From assembly GCA_963815215.1 (NCBI GenBank), contig CAWFFU010000011.1, forward strand, positions 320,001 through 384,000: 64,000 bases of DNA, in the 5' to 3' direction. The first letter of the stretch is position 1, and the number at the start of each line of letters is the position of its first letter. Origin of the DNA: an uncultured Trueperaceae bacterium (lineage in GTDB: Bacteria; Deinococcota; Deinococci; Deinococcales; Trueperaceae). The position numbers and the translations under genes were made by a program. The notes beneath the pieces are model-generated. The model worked only from the letters and a program-made list of their open reading frames with translations, searched no databases and was not told where the DNA came from. Positions 54,130 through 64,000 of this stretch are shown piece after piece.

Positions 54130-55355
54130 CCGTGCTCTCTCTCGCCTGGCGCAACCTGTGGCGGCAACGCCGGCGCAGCCTGACGAGTCTGGGTGCGGTG
54201 GCGTTGGTAGTGTGCCTGTCGATGCTCTACTACAGCATCGGGGGCGCGGCCGTGAACAGCATGTACCGCAACCTGACCGAGGCCGGCGGCCAGATCCAGA
54301 TCCACGTGCCCGGCTATCGCGACCTGCGCGACTTCTCGGCGGGCCTCATCCGCAACGCCGCACAGGTCGAGGCCGCGGCCCGTGCCGACGGGGGCTCGGG
54401 CGTGGTGGTCGGCGCGCTGGACGTCCCCGGCCTGCTCATCCATGGCGACCGCTCGCGCGCCGTGGCGCTGTCGGGACGACAGTGGCCCGACGCCTTGCGG
54501 GAGAGCTACCTGCGACAGAACCCCTTGGAGGGGCGCTTCGTTCGCGCCGGGGACGAGACCGGGATCGTGCTCGGCCGCGGCCTGGCCACCGCGCTCGATG
54601 TCGGTATCGGCGACCAGGTCATGATGTACGCCCCCGGCACCGAGGGGTACGGAGCGGGCTCGTACACGGTGACCGGGCTGGTCGACGTGCTGGATCCCAG
54701 CTACGCGTCGCGCACCGCGCTGATCTCGCTGGCGGCGGCCCAGACGCTGGCCGCCCCGGATGCCGTGTCGCGCGTCGAGGTGCACTTCCCCTCCATCCGC
54801 CGGGTACAGGACGACAGCGCCAGCCTCGAGGCGGCGCGGCGCTTGCAGCGCGCCGTGCCTGAGCTGTCGGTGGAGACCTGGCGCGAGCTGTCGCCGATGC
54901 TGGTGCGCATCCTCGACTCCCTGCGGCCGGTGATGGCGGTGGTGTCGGTCATCTTCTTCATCCTGGCGGGCCTGCTGGTGGTCAACAGCATCTACCTCGG
55001 GATGATCGAGCGCATCCACGAGTTCGGCGTGCTGATGTCGCTGGGTGCCAGCGGGCGACGGGTGCTGGGCCTCATCACGCTCGAGAGCGTGCTGCTGTGT
55101 TCCGCCGGCGCGCTCGTGGGCACCGCCGTCGGGCTCCCGCTGGTGGCCCTGATGGCGCGCGGTTTCACCGTACCCGGGCTCGAGCAGTACTACGCCAGCT
55201 TCGGCATGGACCCGGTCTTCTACGCCAGCATCCACCCCAGCGAGGTGGCCTTCGCGATCGCCTTCGCGTTGGGCACCGGTGTCCTGGCGGCGCTGTGGCC
55301 CGCCTCCCTGGCTTCGCGCCTCGAGCCCGTCGAGGCCATGCGCTTCACGGCGTGA
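54120..55355 (+). CDS. ABC transporter permease, FtsX/MacB/LolE-like (second copy)
   Basis: LAWRNLWRQRRRS, MIERIHEFG, LEPVEAMR. Confidence 0.9.
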   Translation: MPLAVLSLAWRNLWRQRRRSLTSLGAVALVVCLSMLYYSIGGAAVNSMYRNLTEAGGQIQIHVPGYRDLRDFSAGLIRNAAQVEAAARADGGSGVVVGALDVPGLLIHGDRSRAVALSGRQWPDALRESYLRQNPLEGRFVRAGDETGIVLGRGLATALDVGIGDQVMMYAPGTEGYGAGSYTVTGLVDVLDPSYASRTALISLAAAQTLAAPDAVSRVEVHFPSIRRVQDDSASLEAARRLQRAVPELSVETWRELSPMLVRILDSLRPVMAVVSVIFFILAGLLVVNSIYLGMIERIHEFGVLMSLGASGRRVLGLITLESVLLCSAGALVGTAVGLPLVALMARGFTVPGLEQYYASFGMDPVFYASIHPSEVAFAIAFALGTGVLAALWPASLASRLEPVEAMRFTA

Positions 55356-55380
55356 GCGCACCGCACCCCGGAGGGACGGC

Positions 55381-56088
55381 ATGAGCCTGTACCGCATCGA
55401 GAACCTACAGAAGCGCTACCGGACCGGCGAGGTCGAGACGCTCGCGCTGCGCGGCGTCGACCTCACCATCGAGGAGGGAGAGTTCACGGCCGTCGCCGGG
55501 CCGTCGGGCAGCGGCAAGAGCACGCTCCTGCACCTGATGGGGGCGCTCGACACGCCGTCGGCCGGCGAGGTCTACCTGGCCGATACCCGGATCGACCGCC
55601 TCGGCAAGCGCGAAGCCGCCCGCATGCGTCTGGAGAACCTCGGCTTCGTGTTCCAGGCGTACAACCTCATCCCCGTCCTCACCGCGCTCGAGAACGCGGC
55701 CTTCGTGCTGGAGCTGCAGGGCGTGAGCCGCCGCGAACGGGAGCGGCGGGCACGCCAGGCGCTCGACGACCTCGGCATGGCGGAGTTCGCCAGCCGTCGT
55801 CCCAACCAGCTCTCCGGCGGCCAGCAGCAACGCGTGGCCGTCGCCCGAGCTCTAGCGGCCGAACCGAAGATCATCCTGGCCGACGAGCCCACCGCCAACC
55901 TCGACAGCGAGACCGGGCATGCCCTCATCGAGCTGATGCGCCAGCTCAACCGCGAGCACGGCGTGACCTTCGTGTTCAGCACGCACGATCCGAGGCTGCT
56001 CGACAGCGTGGACCGCATCGTCCGGCTCGAGGACGGCCGCGTCACCGGCGAGGAGACGCGGGACGGGGCCGCGCGCGGCGAAGCATGA
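55381..56088 (+). CDS. ABC transporter ATP-binding protein, LolD/MacB-like
   Basis: GPSGSGKST, LSGGQQQR, LADEPTANLD, STHD. Confidence 0.95.
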   Translation: MSLYRIENLQKRYRTGEVETLALRGVDLTIEEGEFTAVAGPSGSGKSTLLHLMGALDTPSAGEVYLADTRIDRLGKREAARMRLENLGFVFQAYNLIPVLTALENAAFVLELQGVSRRERERRARQALDDLGMAEFASRRPNQLSGGQQQRVAVARALAAEPKIILADEPTANLDSETGHALIELMRQLNREHGVTFVFSTHDPRLLDSVDRIVRLEDGRVTGEETRDGAARGEA

Positions 56089-57185
56089 GTCGCCCGAAGG
56101 GCGCCGCCCCGGCGGTACGCGCCGCACGCCGCCGGCCCCGGCTACACTCGGCGCTCCATCGGATCACGCGGCTCGCGGCGGCATTGGCGCTGGCGGCGTT
56201 GGCGCTGGCGGCATCCGGTGTGGCGCTGGCGCAGGTCAGTGTTCGCGTCGAGGTCCCCTACGGCGCCACCGTGGGGCTGGCCTCCTTCGGCGGAGCCACC
56301 GCCGGCGAGGCCTCGTTCGCCACGGGTCTGCACGTCGACGCCGAAGCGAGCCTCGACCCGCTCCGCCTGACGGTACGGCTCGACCCGTCGATGCGCGCCG
56401 TGGACGTCCCGGCGATGGTCCCGGGAGCACCGCCGAGCTCGTCGTCTCCGAACTGGGAGCCCGGCCTCACCGAGGCCTACGCCCTGTTGCGTGAAGGGCC
56501 GGTGGACGTCAGCGCCGGCGTCGAGCGGCTTCCGCTCGAGACCGCACGCCTCACCGTCCCTTACCAGCTCGACCGCACCGCAACGGACGGCCGGCGCCAG
56601 GGGCTGTTCGGTGCGCGCGCCGCGATCTTCCTCACCCCGATGCGGGTGCGGGCCGCACTCTTCGAGAGGAGCGGCTCGCTCGGCGGCGCGTTGAGCGTGC
56701 GCGCCGACCTCACCAGCGTGCAACTCGAAGCCCACGCCGTCTACCTGGACGGCCTGGCGTTCGGCGCTTCGGCCAGCGGCACGCTGGCCGACACCGTGCT
56801 GTACGGCGAGGCCTGGCTATTGAGCGAGCCGTGGCGCGGGCGGGCCGCGCTGGGCGCCAGTGGCTACCTCGCCGACGCGCTGTGGACCGCCGAGCTCGCC
56901 TTCGCGCCGCCGGCGGGCCTGCCCGGCGGTGCTGCCGTGCCCCAGCTCGCCGGCCAGCTCAACGTTCCCCTGAGCGCCGACAGCGCCATCGACCTCTACG
57001 CCACCGCCGCGCTGATGGACAGCGTGCTGACACCGGGCGCCCGCAGCCTGGCCGGGCAAGGCGCGATCACCTGGGTGACCGGCGATCCCGACGTCCAGCT
57101 CGAGCTCGGGCCCGGCATCCGGGCCGACGAGCTCGGCACGCACTACGCGCTGACCGTGCGCCTCACCACCTACACCGCGTTCTGA
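56085..57185 (+). CDS. Exported protein, probable outer-membrane beta-barrel
   Basis: Signal peptide (VALA-Q), alternating amphipathic strands, LTEAYA..VDVSAG motif, C-terminal Phe. Confidence 0.6.
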   Translation: MSRPKGAAPAVRAARRRPRLHSALHRITRLAAALALAALALAASGVALAQVSVRVEVPYGATVGLASFGGATAGEASFATGLHVDAEASLDPLRLTVRLDPSMRAVDVPAMVPGAPPSSSSPNWEPGLTEAYALLREGPVDVSAGVERLPLETARLTVPYQLDRTATDGRRQGLFGARAAIFLTPMRVRAALFERSGSLGGALSVRADLTSVQLEAHAVYLDGLAFGASASGTLADTVLYGEAWLLSEPWRGRAALGASGYLADALWTAELAFAPPAGLPGGAAVPQLAGQLNVPLSADSAIDLYATAALMDSVLTPGARSLAGQGAITWVTGDPDVQLELGPGIRADELGTHYALTVRLTTYTAF

Positions 57186-57233
57186 GGCGTCTCCCGGAGA
57201 CGGCGCCGCCTCGCGACCGACCCGCTCGCCGCG

Positions 57234-57905
57234 CTAGAGAAAAGTAGCGATGCGGGCCAGAGGCTTCCTGTCGATCTTCGGCACCCGCGCGCCCTCGGCC
57301 GGATGACCGACCACCAGGAGCAGGAAGGGCCGCTCGTGGGCCGGCCGCCCGAGCAGCTCGTTCAGGAAACCCATCGGGCTGGGCGTGTGCGTCAGGCACA
57401 CCAGACCGGCCTCGTGCAGCGCCGCGATGAGCAGCCCCGTGGCGATCCCCACGGACTCGGTGGCGTAGTAGTGCATACGCTTCCCGCCCTCGGGGGTGAC
57501 GCCGTACGGCTGCACGAAGATGCCGATGAGCACGGGCGCGACTTCCAGGAAGAGCTTGGAGGCATCAGTCCCCAGCGGCTCGAGGGCCTCCAGCCACGCC
57601 TCGGGGGCGCGCCGCAGGTAGAACTCCCGCTCTTCGCGCTCGGCTTCGACCCGGATGCGGCCCTTGATCGCCGGGTCGGTGACGGCGACGAAGTGCCAGG
57701 GTTGCAGATTGGCGCCATTGGGAGCGGTTCCGGCCACCTCCAGGCACGTCTCGATCACCGCCCGTGGCACCGGCCGATCACTGAACGCGCGCACGCTGCG
57801 TCGCGTTCGCAGTCGCTCGTAGCAGGCGCGCGCGCGGGCCAGGATGTCGTCGTCGTCACGGTCGATGTACCCGGTCAGGGGCTCGGTGGCGGGCATGGCC
57901 CCCAT
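57234..57905 (-). CDS. Nitroreductase-superfamily iodotyrosine deiodinase (IYD) homolog
   Basis: [19 protein letters not shown], lid with E-x3-Y (EREFY), W, and K (GTDASK), [18 protein letters not shown]. Confidence 0.85.
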   Translation of the reverse strand: MGAMPATEPLTGYIDRDDDDILARARACYERLRTRRSVRAFSDRPVPRAVIETCLEVAGTAPNGANLQPWHFVAVTDPAIKGRIRVEAEREEREFYLRRAPEAWLEALEPLGTDASKLFLEVAPVLIGIFVQPYGVTPEGGKRMHYYATESVGIATGLLIAALHEAGLVCLTHTPSPMGFLNELLGRPAHERPFLLLVVGHPAEGARVPKIDRKPLARIATFL

Positions 57906-57950
57906 TGTGCCATCCGCTGGACCGCGCCGCGAAGCTCGGCGCCCACCTCG

Positions 57951-58901
57951 CTAGCGCGCCCGGGCGATCTCCCGCTCCGCCAGCGTTCTCAGCGCGGCGC
58001 GTGCCGGCGTGGCGTCGAATACGTCCAGCGCAGCTGCCGCCGCCTCCGCCTCGAGCCGGATGCGCGCGCGGGTTCGTTCATCGGTGCCGTTCTCGCGAAC
58101 CAGCGCGATCATGCGGGCAACGTCGTCGCCGCGTGAGGCATGGCGACGCAGGATGTCCCGCGCCTCACGCTCGTCGTGCTCGAGCAGCAACAGCAGGACC
58201 GGGTAGGTGGCCTTGCCCTCGCGCAGGTCGCCGCCCACCGGCTTGCCCAGGCGCTCGGCGTCGCCGAGGAGGTCGAGGTAATCGTCCTGCATCTGGAAGG
58301 CCCGCCCGTAGTGCATGCCGTAACGCACCAGCGCGTCGCGTTGCACCCGGTCGGCCCCGCTCAGGATGGCCACGCCCTCCACCGCCGAGGCCAGCAGGAT
58401 GGCGGTCTTCCCCTCGATGACGGCGTCGTAGGTATCGAAGCTGAAGTCCTCGAGGGTCGCCGCCTGGAACTGCAACACCTCACCCTCGCAGATGGCGGCG
58501 GCGGTGCGGGACATCAAGCGCGTGAATTCCGCGCTGCCGGTCTCGGCCAGCAGACCCAGCACGCGGGCCAGCATGAAATCGCCGGACATCACGCTCACCA
58601 CGTTGCCGTAGCGCCTGAACGCCGCCTGCGCGCCGCGACGCGTCTGGGCGTCGTCGATGAGGTCGTCGTGAAGCAGCGAGGCGGAATGGAGCAACTCGAC
58701 GGCCAGCGCCACCTGCAAGGTGCTCTCGCGATCCGTACCCAGCAGCCGGCCGGCGAGGAAGCTGAGGGTCGGCCGCAAGCGCTTGCCGCCCGCACCGACG
58801 AGGTCGTCACCGATGGCCTCGATGAAGGCGACGGACGAGTGCAGCTGTCCCTGCATACGGGCCTCGAACGTCGCAAGATCGTCCTGGATCAGCTCGAACA
58901 C
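57951..58901 (-). CDS. Long-chain polyprenyl diphosphate synthase (HepT/IspB-like)
   Basis: GGKRLRP, ASLLHDDLID...RRG, GKTA, FQMQDDYLD, GKPVGGDLREGK. Confidence 0.92.
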   Translation of the reverse strand: MFELIQDDLATFEARMQGQLHSSVAFIEAIGDDLVGAGGKRLRPTLSFLAGRLLGTDRESTLQVALAVELLHSASLLHDDLIDDAQTRRGAQAAFRRYGNVVSVMSGDFMLARVLGLLAETGSAEFTRLMSRTAAAICEGEVLQFQAATLEDFSFDTYDAVIEGKTAILLASAVEGVAILSGADRVQRDALVRYGMHYGRAFQMQDDYLDLLGDAERLGKPVGGDLREGKATYPVLLLLLEHDEREARDILRRHASRGDDVARMIALVRENGTDERTRARIRLEAEAAAAALDVFDATPARAALRTLAEREIARAR

Positions 58902-58980
58902 AACGTCCGCCAGTATACGGGCCCGTGGGGTCCGGCCGCAGCGCGTTGCGAGCAAGGCCCCGGCGGTCCGACCGGCGCCC

Positions 58981-59625
58981 TCAGGAGCCGACGCGCTCCC
59001 TGGCGGGGCCGCCCTGCAGGTAGTACGCCAGACGCTTCAGGCCGGCGACGAAATCGACCGGCTCGACGAACACGCCGCTGGGCACGTTGATGACCGTGGG
59101 CGCGAAGTTGAGGATGCCCCGGATTCCGGCCGACACCAACCGCTCGGCGGCCTCCTGGGCGACCTGGGCGGGCACGGTCAGGAAGGCGATGTCGATCGCC
59201 GAGTGCGCCACCCGCTCTTCGATCTCGTCGACGGCGTAGACTTCGACGTCCCCGATGTGGCGCCCCACCTTGGCCGGATCGCTGTCGAACGACGCCTTGA
59301 GCTCGAAGGCGTACTGACCGAAGTTCGGGTAGTCGGCCAGCGCCTGCCCCAACCGCCCCATCCCCATGATGGCGACGTTCCAGGGCCGCGTCAGGCCAAG
59401 GATGCCGCGCAACTCGCGTCGCAGCGTGAGCACGCTGTAGCCAGCGCCACGGGTACCGAAGCGGCCGAAATGCGACAGGTCCTTGCGGACCTGGAAGGCC
59501 GACACCCGCGCCTCCTCGGCGAGAAGGTCCGACGAGGTGCGCTTGATGCCGGACTCTTCGAGGTCGGTGAGGATCCGGAGATAGGTGACGATACGGCTGA
59601 CCGTAGCCGTCGGGGCGGCACTCAT
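58981..59625 (-). CDS. rex: Redox-sensing transcriptional repressor Rex
   Basis: R..YLR, QVRKDLSHFG.FGTRG.GY, GMGRLG.AL, GILNFAP. Confidence 0.95.
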   Translation of the reverse strand: MSAAPTATVSRIVTYLRILTDLEESGIKRTSSDLLAEEARVSAFQVRKDLSHFGRFGTRGAGYSVLTLRRELRGILGLTRPWNVAIMGMGRLGQALADYPNFGQYAFELKASFDSDPAKVGRHIGDVEVYAVDEIEERVAHSAIDIAFLTVPAQVAQEAAERLVSAGIRGILNFAPTVINVPSGVFVEPVDFVAGLKRLAYYLQGGPARERVGS

Positions 59626-60764
59626 CAGCGCGGGAAGCTATCGATCCCCGCTGCCTTCAGATCGGACTGGACCTTCTGCAGCCGGTCCGGACCGAACGGC
59701 CCGACGAGCAGCTTGACCAGCCCGCCCTCGGTCCTCTCGGTCACCTGGTAGCCCATGGAGGCGAGCTTGGCGCTCTGCGGCTTGGCGCTCGCGGAGTTGC
59801 CGTAGGCGCCGACCTGGAGGTACCGCTGGTCGCCGCCCGTCGCGTTCGTCGCCGCATTCGTCGTCGCGTTCGTCGCCGAGGCCGCTGCGCCGGAGGACGA
59901 CGCCGGGGCCGCCGACGATGTGGCGCTGCCGCCGGCCGCGGTGCTGGCGGGCTGCGGCGCGCTGTCCTGAGTGCCCTTGAACTCGTACACCACCGGGTCG
60001 ACGCCGAACCCGCCGCCCTTGATCCTGCCGGCGACCGCGTCGGCCTCGGACTGCGTGCGGTAGGGACCGACGAGCACGATCGTCAGATCACCCTGATCGG
60101 CCAGGAACACGGGGTAGCCGGCCTTCTTGAAGACCTGCTCCTGGCGCTGAGCGTAGTCGGCGTGCGAGAAGGCGCCCACCGAGATGCGGTAGGGGGCCGC
60201 CGAGCCGGGCCCGTTGACGACCGGTGCCGCGGGAGCGGCCGACGCGGACGAACCGGCTGCGGGGGCCGCACTCGCCGTGGTCGGCGCGCTCGGCGCGCTA
60301 GGCGTCGAGGCGCTCGAGCTGGACGAGGGCGCGCCGCTGGACGCGGTGGAGCCACTGTTGTCGCTAGGCGGGAGCACCGCGACGCCGCCGCTGCCGCCGC
60401 CGCTCGCGGGTGTCGCTGCGGCCGAGCCGGCGGAGGAGCCGCTGGTCGTTGCGGGAGCACTGGTCGTCGAGCCGCCAGCGGAAGCCTGCGCCGACGATGT
60501 GGCGGCGCTGGACGAGCCACTGGAGGACGACGGCGAGGACGCTGGAGAGGACGACGTGGAGGACGACGTTGCGGAGGGTGTAGCCGCGGAAGGCACGGAG
60601 CTCTGTGTGGTCGAGCTCTGCGCTGCAGGGGTGCTGGTCCGGGTGCTCTGCCCCACAGGGAAGAACGAACCCCCCGTGATGAGCGTCGCGATGATGCCGG
60701 CGATCACCGCGACCAGGGCGATGCCGATCAGCAGGTCGGGCCAGTTACGTCGAAGCCAATCCAT
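59625..60764 (-). CDS. Membrane-anchored protein with two SPOR peptidoglycan-binding domains
   Basis: N-terminal TM, Ser/Ala/Thr-rich linker, YRISVGAFS..VLVGPY and YLQVGAY..LLVGPF. Confidence 0.88.
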   Translation of the reverse strand: MDWLRRNWPDLLIGIALVAVIAGIIATLITGGSFFPVGQSTRTSTPAAQSSTTQSSVPSAATPSATSSSTSSSPASSPSSSSGSSSAATSSAQASAGGSTTSAPATTSGSSAGSAAATPASGGGSGGVAVLPPSDNSGSTASSGAPSSSSSASTPSAPSAPTTASAAPAAGSSASAAPAAPVVNGPGSAAPYRISVGAFSHADYAQRQEQVFKKAGYPVFLADQGDLTIVLVGPYRTQSEADAVAGRIKGGGFGVDPVVYEFKGTQDSAPQPASTAAGGSATSSAAPASSSGAAASATNATTNAATNATGGDQRYLQVGAYGNSASAKPQSAKLASMGYQVTERTEGGLVKLLVGPFGPDRLQKVQSDLKAAGIDSFPR

Positions 60765-60789
60765 GGTTCCATTCTAGTGCAGCTACGAA

Positions 60790-62325
60790 TTAGAGGTACT
60801 TGGTAATCGCGTCGCAGGCCTGCTGGTAGCCCTGCTGGCAGGAACTCTTCCAGGCGTCACGCGCCGCGCTGCGGCGGTCCTGGGAGTACAGCGCCCAACC
60901 GAGGTTGAAGTAGCTCTCGCTGTCCTTGGGGTTCTGCTGGATCAACAACTTGTAGACGGTTTCTGCGTCCTGGAAGCGCTTCGCAGCCAGATAGGCGGCA
61001 CCCAGGTCGACCCGCGCCTCGACGCTGTTGGGCGCAAGCTGAGTGGCCCGCTCGAAGTACCGGATGGCGCTGTCGTAGCTCTTCTGCTGGTAATCCGCCA
61101 ACCCGGCCCAGAGCTGGGCCTGCGCGTCATCGGCCTGGGCCTGCACGACCTGGTCGAGCTGCTTGGCGGCGGCGGCGTACTCCGCCTTGCGATACAGCGA
61201 GCGGCCGGCGATGAACCGGGCCTGGGTGATCTGCTTGGCGTCGCTGAGCTGGCCCAATGCGGCCTGCGCATTGGTGAGCGCCTTGTCGGTCTGCGCGAGC
61301 TGATCGTAGGCAGTGGCCAGCGCCAGGTGGATGTCGCCGTTGTCCGGCGCCAGGGCGCCGGCCTGCTCGAGCGGGCCGAGCGCCTTCTGGGTCTGCCCGC
61401 CCTCCAGGTAGCTCACACCAAGGTTGTACAGCGCCTGCCAGGAGTTGGGATCGGCCTGCGCCGCCAGCTGGAACGACTGGGCGGCATCGGCGTCACGGCC
61501 GAGGCTCTTCTGCAGCGTGCCCAGCTTGACCAGGATGTTCGCCTTGGCGCTGTTGTCCGAGGCCGCTTCGGCCTTCTTCAGCGCGCGGTTGAGCGCGAAC
61601 ATGGCGTAATCGATCTGCCCCTGCTTGACGTAGATGTCGGCGATCAGGGCGCTGACACGGTAGTCGCTGCTGGAAGCCTCGAGCTTGGTCAGCTCGGGCA
61701 GGGCATCGAGGCCCTTGCCCGCCTGCTCGAGCGCCTGGCCGCGCCTCAGGATCATGTCGGCGTTGCCGGGATCGAGCTGCAGCGCCGAGGCGTAGGCGTC
61801 GGCGGCCTTGGCGTAGTCGTTGGTCAGCTCGAGCTGGCCCGCCAGCCCCAGGTAGGCGGCGATCTTGTCCTTGGTCGTGGCGACGTTGTCCGCCACCTTG
61901 ATGGCGGCCTGGAACGCGGCCGCGGCGTCGCTGGGCCGGCGCAGCTTGGCCAGCGTCACCGCCCGGTTGAAGTGTCCGTCGAAACGCTGCGGGTAGAGCC
62001 GCGTGACCTCGCTGAACTCGAACAGCGCGGACTGGTAGTTCCCAGCCGCGAACTCCGCCAGACCGAGACCGTAGTGAGCATCGCCGTTGCCGTAGTCGAT
62101 GGAGATGGCCTCGAGGAAGCTCTGCTTGGCATCGGCGTACTGCGCTGCCTGGTACTGAGCGTTGCCGAGATCGACCCACACCGTGGCGTCGTTGGGAGTG
62201 GCCTGGGCCTTGGCGCGCAGATCGGAGATCGACGGTTGGGCCCACGCCGACGAAAGCACAAGCACCAGGACGAGGGATGCCAGGATAGCCCTGCCCAAGC
62301 CCCGATTGCACGTCATGCTCTTCAT
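60790..62325 (-). CDS. Exported tetratricopeptide repeat protein
   Basis: GGAGG RBS, signal peptide (SAWA-Q), many TPR units (W..LG...Y...Y..A...F..A....P). Confidence 0.88.
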   Translation of the reverse strand: MKSMTCNRGLGRAILASLVLVLVLSSAWAQPSISDLRAKAQATPNDATVWVDLGNAQYQAAQYADAKQSFLEAISIDYGNGDAHYGLGLAEFAAGNYQSALFEFSEVTRLYPQRFDGHFNRAVTLAKLRRPSDAAAAFQAAIKVADNVATTKDKIAAYLGLAGQLELTNDYAKAADAYASALQLDPGNADMILRRGQALEQAGKGLDALPELTKLEASSSDYRVSALIADIYVKQGQIDYAMFALNRALKKAEAASDNSAKANILVKLGTLQKSLGRDADAAQSFQLAAQADPNSWQALYNLGVSYLEGGQTQKALGPLEQAGALAPDNGDIHLALATAYDQLAQTDKALTNAQAALGQLSDAKQITQARFIAGRSLYRKAEYAAAAKQLDQVVQAQADDAQAQLWAGLADYQQKSYDSAIRYFERATQLAPNSVEARVDLGAAYLAAKRFQDAETVYKLLIQQNPKDSESYFNLGWALYSQDRRSAARDAWKSSCQQGYQQACDAITKYL

Positions 62326-62469
62326 GCCAGCCTCCAGATCGCTGCGCCTACGTATCCCCATAGACTGCGTGCGAAACGATAATTCCGGTGTCCACTGTAG
62401 TATGGTGCGCCGTTCCGGACGTGTGAAATCCCCCACGAGATATGCCCTTCACAGCGGCAAAAACCGCCT

Positions 62470-63561
62470 TCAGGGACGGAACTCGGGCAGGCGCAAAGGC
62501 ACCCGGGAGGGGGCTCCCGTGGCGTCCGTTGCGCCCTCGCTGAGGGCGAGTTGGCCGCACGCGCCGCCGGCGTCGCGCCCCCGGCTGAAGCGCACCGACA
62601 CCGGTACCCGCCGGCGCTCCAGCTCCGCGCGGAAGCGCTCGGTGGCGGCCGCGCTACTGGCCTTGAAGCCGGAGCCGGGCCAGGGGTTGAACGGGATCAG
62701 GTTCACGTGGACCTTCAGTCCGCGTAACAGCTCGGCCAGGGCGCGCGCCCGCCCGGGGTCGTCGTTCACGCCGCGCAGCAATGTGTACTCGATGGTGACG
62801 CGCCGGCCGGTGGCCTCCTGGTAGGCGCGCACCGCGGCCACGATCTCGCTGATGGGATGGGCGTGCGCGGTGGGGATGATGGCCCGGCGCGTGTCGTCGT
62901 CGGGGGCGTGCAGGCTGAGCGCCAGCACCAACGGCAGGGCCTCGCCCGCCAGTCGTCGGATGCGACCGGGCAACCCCACCGTGGACAGCGTGATGCGCCG
63001 TGGTGACAGGTCGAGCCCCTCGGGCGCCACCAGGGTCCGGATCGCACGCACCGCGTGATCGTAGTTCAACAGCGCCTCGCCCATCCCCATGAGCACCACG
63101 TTGCGGATCGCGCGCGGCGCCACACCCTCCTCGGCGGCCACCACCAGGACCTGGCCGACGATCTCGCCGGGGGTCAGGTTGCGGCCGAACCCGAGCGCCC
63201 CGGTGGCGCAGAACGCGCACCCGGCCGGACAGCCCACCATGGAGGACACACACACGGTGGTGCGGTCGGCGTAGGGCATGTAGACCGCCTCGGTCCGGCG
63301 CCCGTCCGGCAGGCCGAACAGGTATCGCACCGAGCCGTCCTTCGACGGGAAGCGCTGCACGGTGTCGAACGGTGAGATGCGGTAGCGCTCCGCCAGGGAC
63401 GAGCGCAGCCCGGCCGGCAGGCTGGTCATGGCCTCGAACGTCCCCGCGCCGTGACGGTAGAGCCACTCGGCCAACTGGCCGCGGCGGTAGGCAGGTTCGC
63501 CGTCAGGCAGGGGCAGATCGCTGGGTGGCGCGTCGTAGAGGCTGGGCAGCGCGTCGGGCAT
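62470..63561 (-). CDS. rlmN: Dual-specificity RNA methyltransferase RlmN (radical SAM)
   Basis: [18 protein letters not shown] (CxxxCxxC), LMGMGE, LSLHAP, NLIPFNP, GACGQL. Confidence 0.95.
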   Translation of the reverse strand: MPDALPSLYDAPPSDLPLPDGEPAYRRGQLAEWLYRHGAGTFEAMTSLPAGLRSSLAERYRISPFDTVQRFPSKDGSVRYLFGLPDGRRTEAVYMPYADRTTVCVSSMVGCPAGCAFCATGALGFGRNLTPGEIVGQVLVVAAEEGVAPRAIRNVVLMGMGEALLNYDHAVRAIRTLVAPEGLDLSPRRITLSTVGLPGRIRRLAGEALPLVLALSLHAPDDDTRRAIIPTAHAHPISEIVAAVRAYQEATGRRVTIEYTLLRGVNDDPGRARALAELLRGLKVHVNLIPFNPWPGSGFKASSAAATERFRAELERRRVPVSVRFSRGRDAGGACGQLALSEGATDATGAPSRVPLRLPEFRP

Positions 63562-63712
63562 CGCGCATCAGGGTACCGCGCGGGGATCGCGGAAGCGCGC
63601 GGCCCCGCAACGCGCCCACGGGGTCTGACGCTCGCCGGCCCCGGCCGGGCTATCATCCAAGGACGACAATCGACTCTGACGCCCTCTCGTCAAGCATGTG
63701 GGGAGACGACGT

Positions 63713-64000
63713 ATGGCTGCACGCAAGCTGAAGACGATCGGCATGGTGCTGGCAGGCGGCAAGGGAACGCGACTGCATCCCCTCACCTGGAAGCGCACGA
63801 AGCCCGCGGTCCCGTTCGGCAGCAAGTACCGGATCATCGACTTCGCCCTGAACAACATGATCAATTCCGGGATCTTCGGGATGTACATCCTCACGCAGTT
63901 CAAGGCGCAATCGCTCACCGAGCACATCCAGCGCAACTGGCGCTTCGGCAGCTTCCTGTCGGAGTACTTCATCACCCTGGCGCCCGCGCAGATGTACCTC
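63713..64000 (+). CDS. glgC: Glucose-1-phosphate adenylyltransferase, 5' end (partial)
   Basis: [68 protein letters not shown]. Confidence 0.93.
   Translation, partial: MAARKLKTIGMVLAGGKGTRLHPLTWKRTKPAVPFGSKYRIIDFALNNMINSGIFGMYILTQFKAQSLTEHIQRNWRFGSFLSEYFITLAPAQMYL

Noticed and set aside
59835..60620. Low-complexity Ser/Ala/Thr repeats in the SPOR protein (and the Lys/Ala tail of rnr at about 48600-49200)
   Set aside because: Ordinary disordered linkers or tails expected for these families
62420..62455. Rex or CRP operator (TGTGAA...TTCACA) upstream of the TPR gene
   Set aside because: Half-site spacing is far too long for Rex, and the 6-nt-spaced second half (CCACG) is poor; TTCACA may simply be a -35 element

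Overview
A high-GC chromosomal segment, most likely from Deinococcota (Trueperaceae/Deinococcales-like). This is inferred from many leaderless TAnnnT -10 boxes 6-8 nt before start codons, a CarH/LitR-LdrP gene pair and diderm envelope genes such as Skp. Most of the window is housekeeping: trmD (3' end), skp, pilD, argF-argC-argJ, lpdA, leuS, maf-mreC, rpiA-acpS, rnhA, an APC permease plus NhaP antiporter, mrpABCDEFG, a DsbA-like protein, M20/M42/M32 peptidases, a dynamin-like GTPase, pheA, carB, rnr, a GbsR-regulated LolCDE/MacB-type ABC system, an iodotyrosine deiodinase homolog, a polyprenyl synthase, rex, SPOR and TPR proteins, rlmN and glgC (5' end). The most notable element is at about 35.95-41.45 kb. 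A c-di-GMP-II riboswitch lies directly upstream of a pilin-like, chaperone-like and two-domain adhesin-like operon, which converges on a large usher-like gene. The ORF track misses this locus because many single-base indels break it. Other notable items are a candidate leucine attenuator upstream of leuS with a single CTA codon, 11-bp-spaced CarH operator repeats, a YbaK gene with an apparent internal deletion and a probable non-canonical ATC start. No CRISPR array, tRNA, rRNA or transposase was recognised. All calls come from reading the sequence by eye; no database searches were run.
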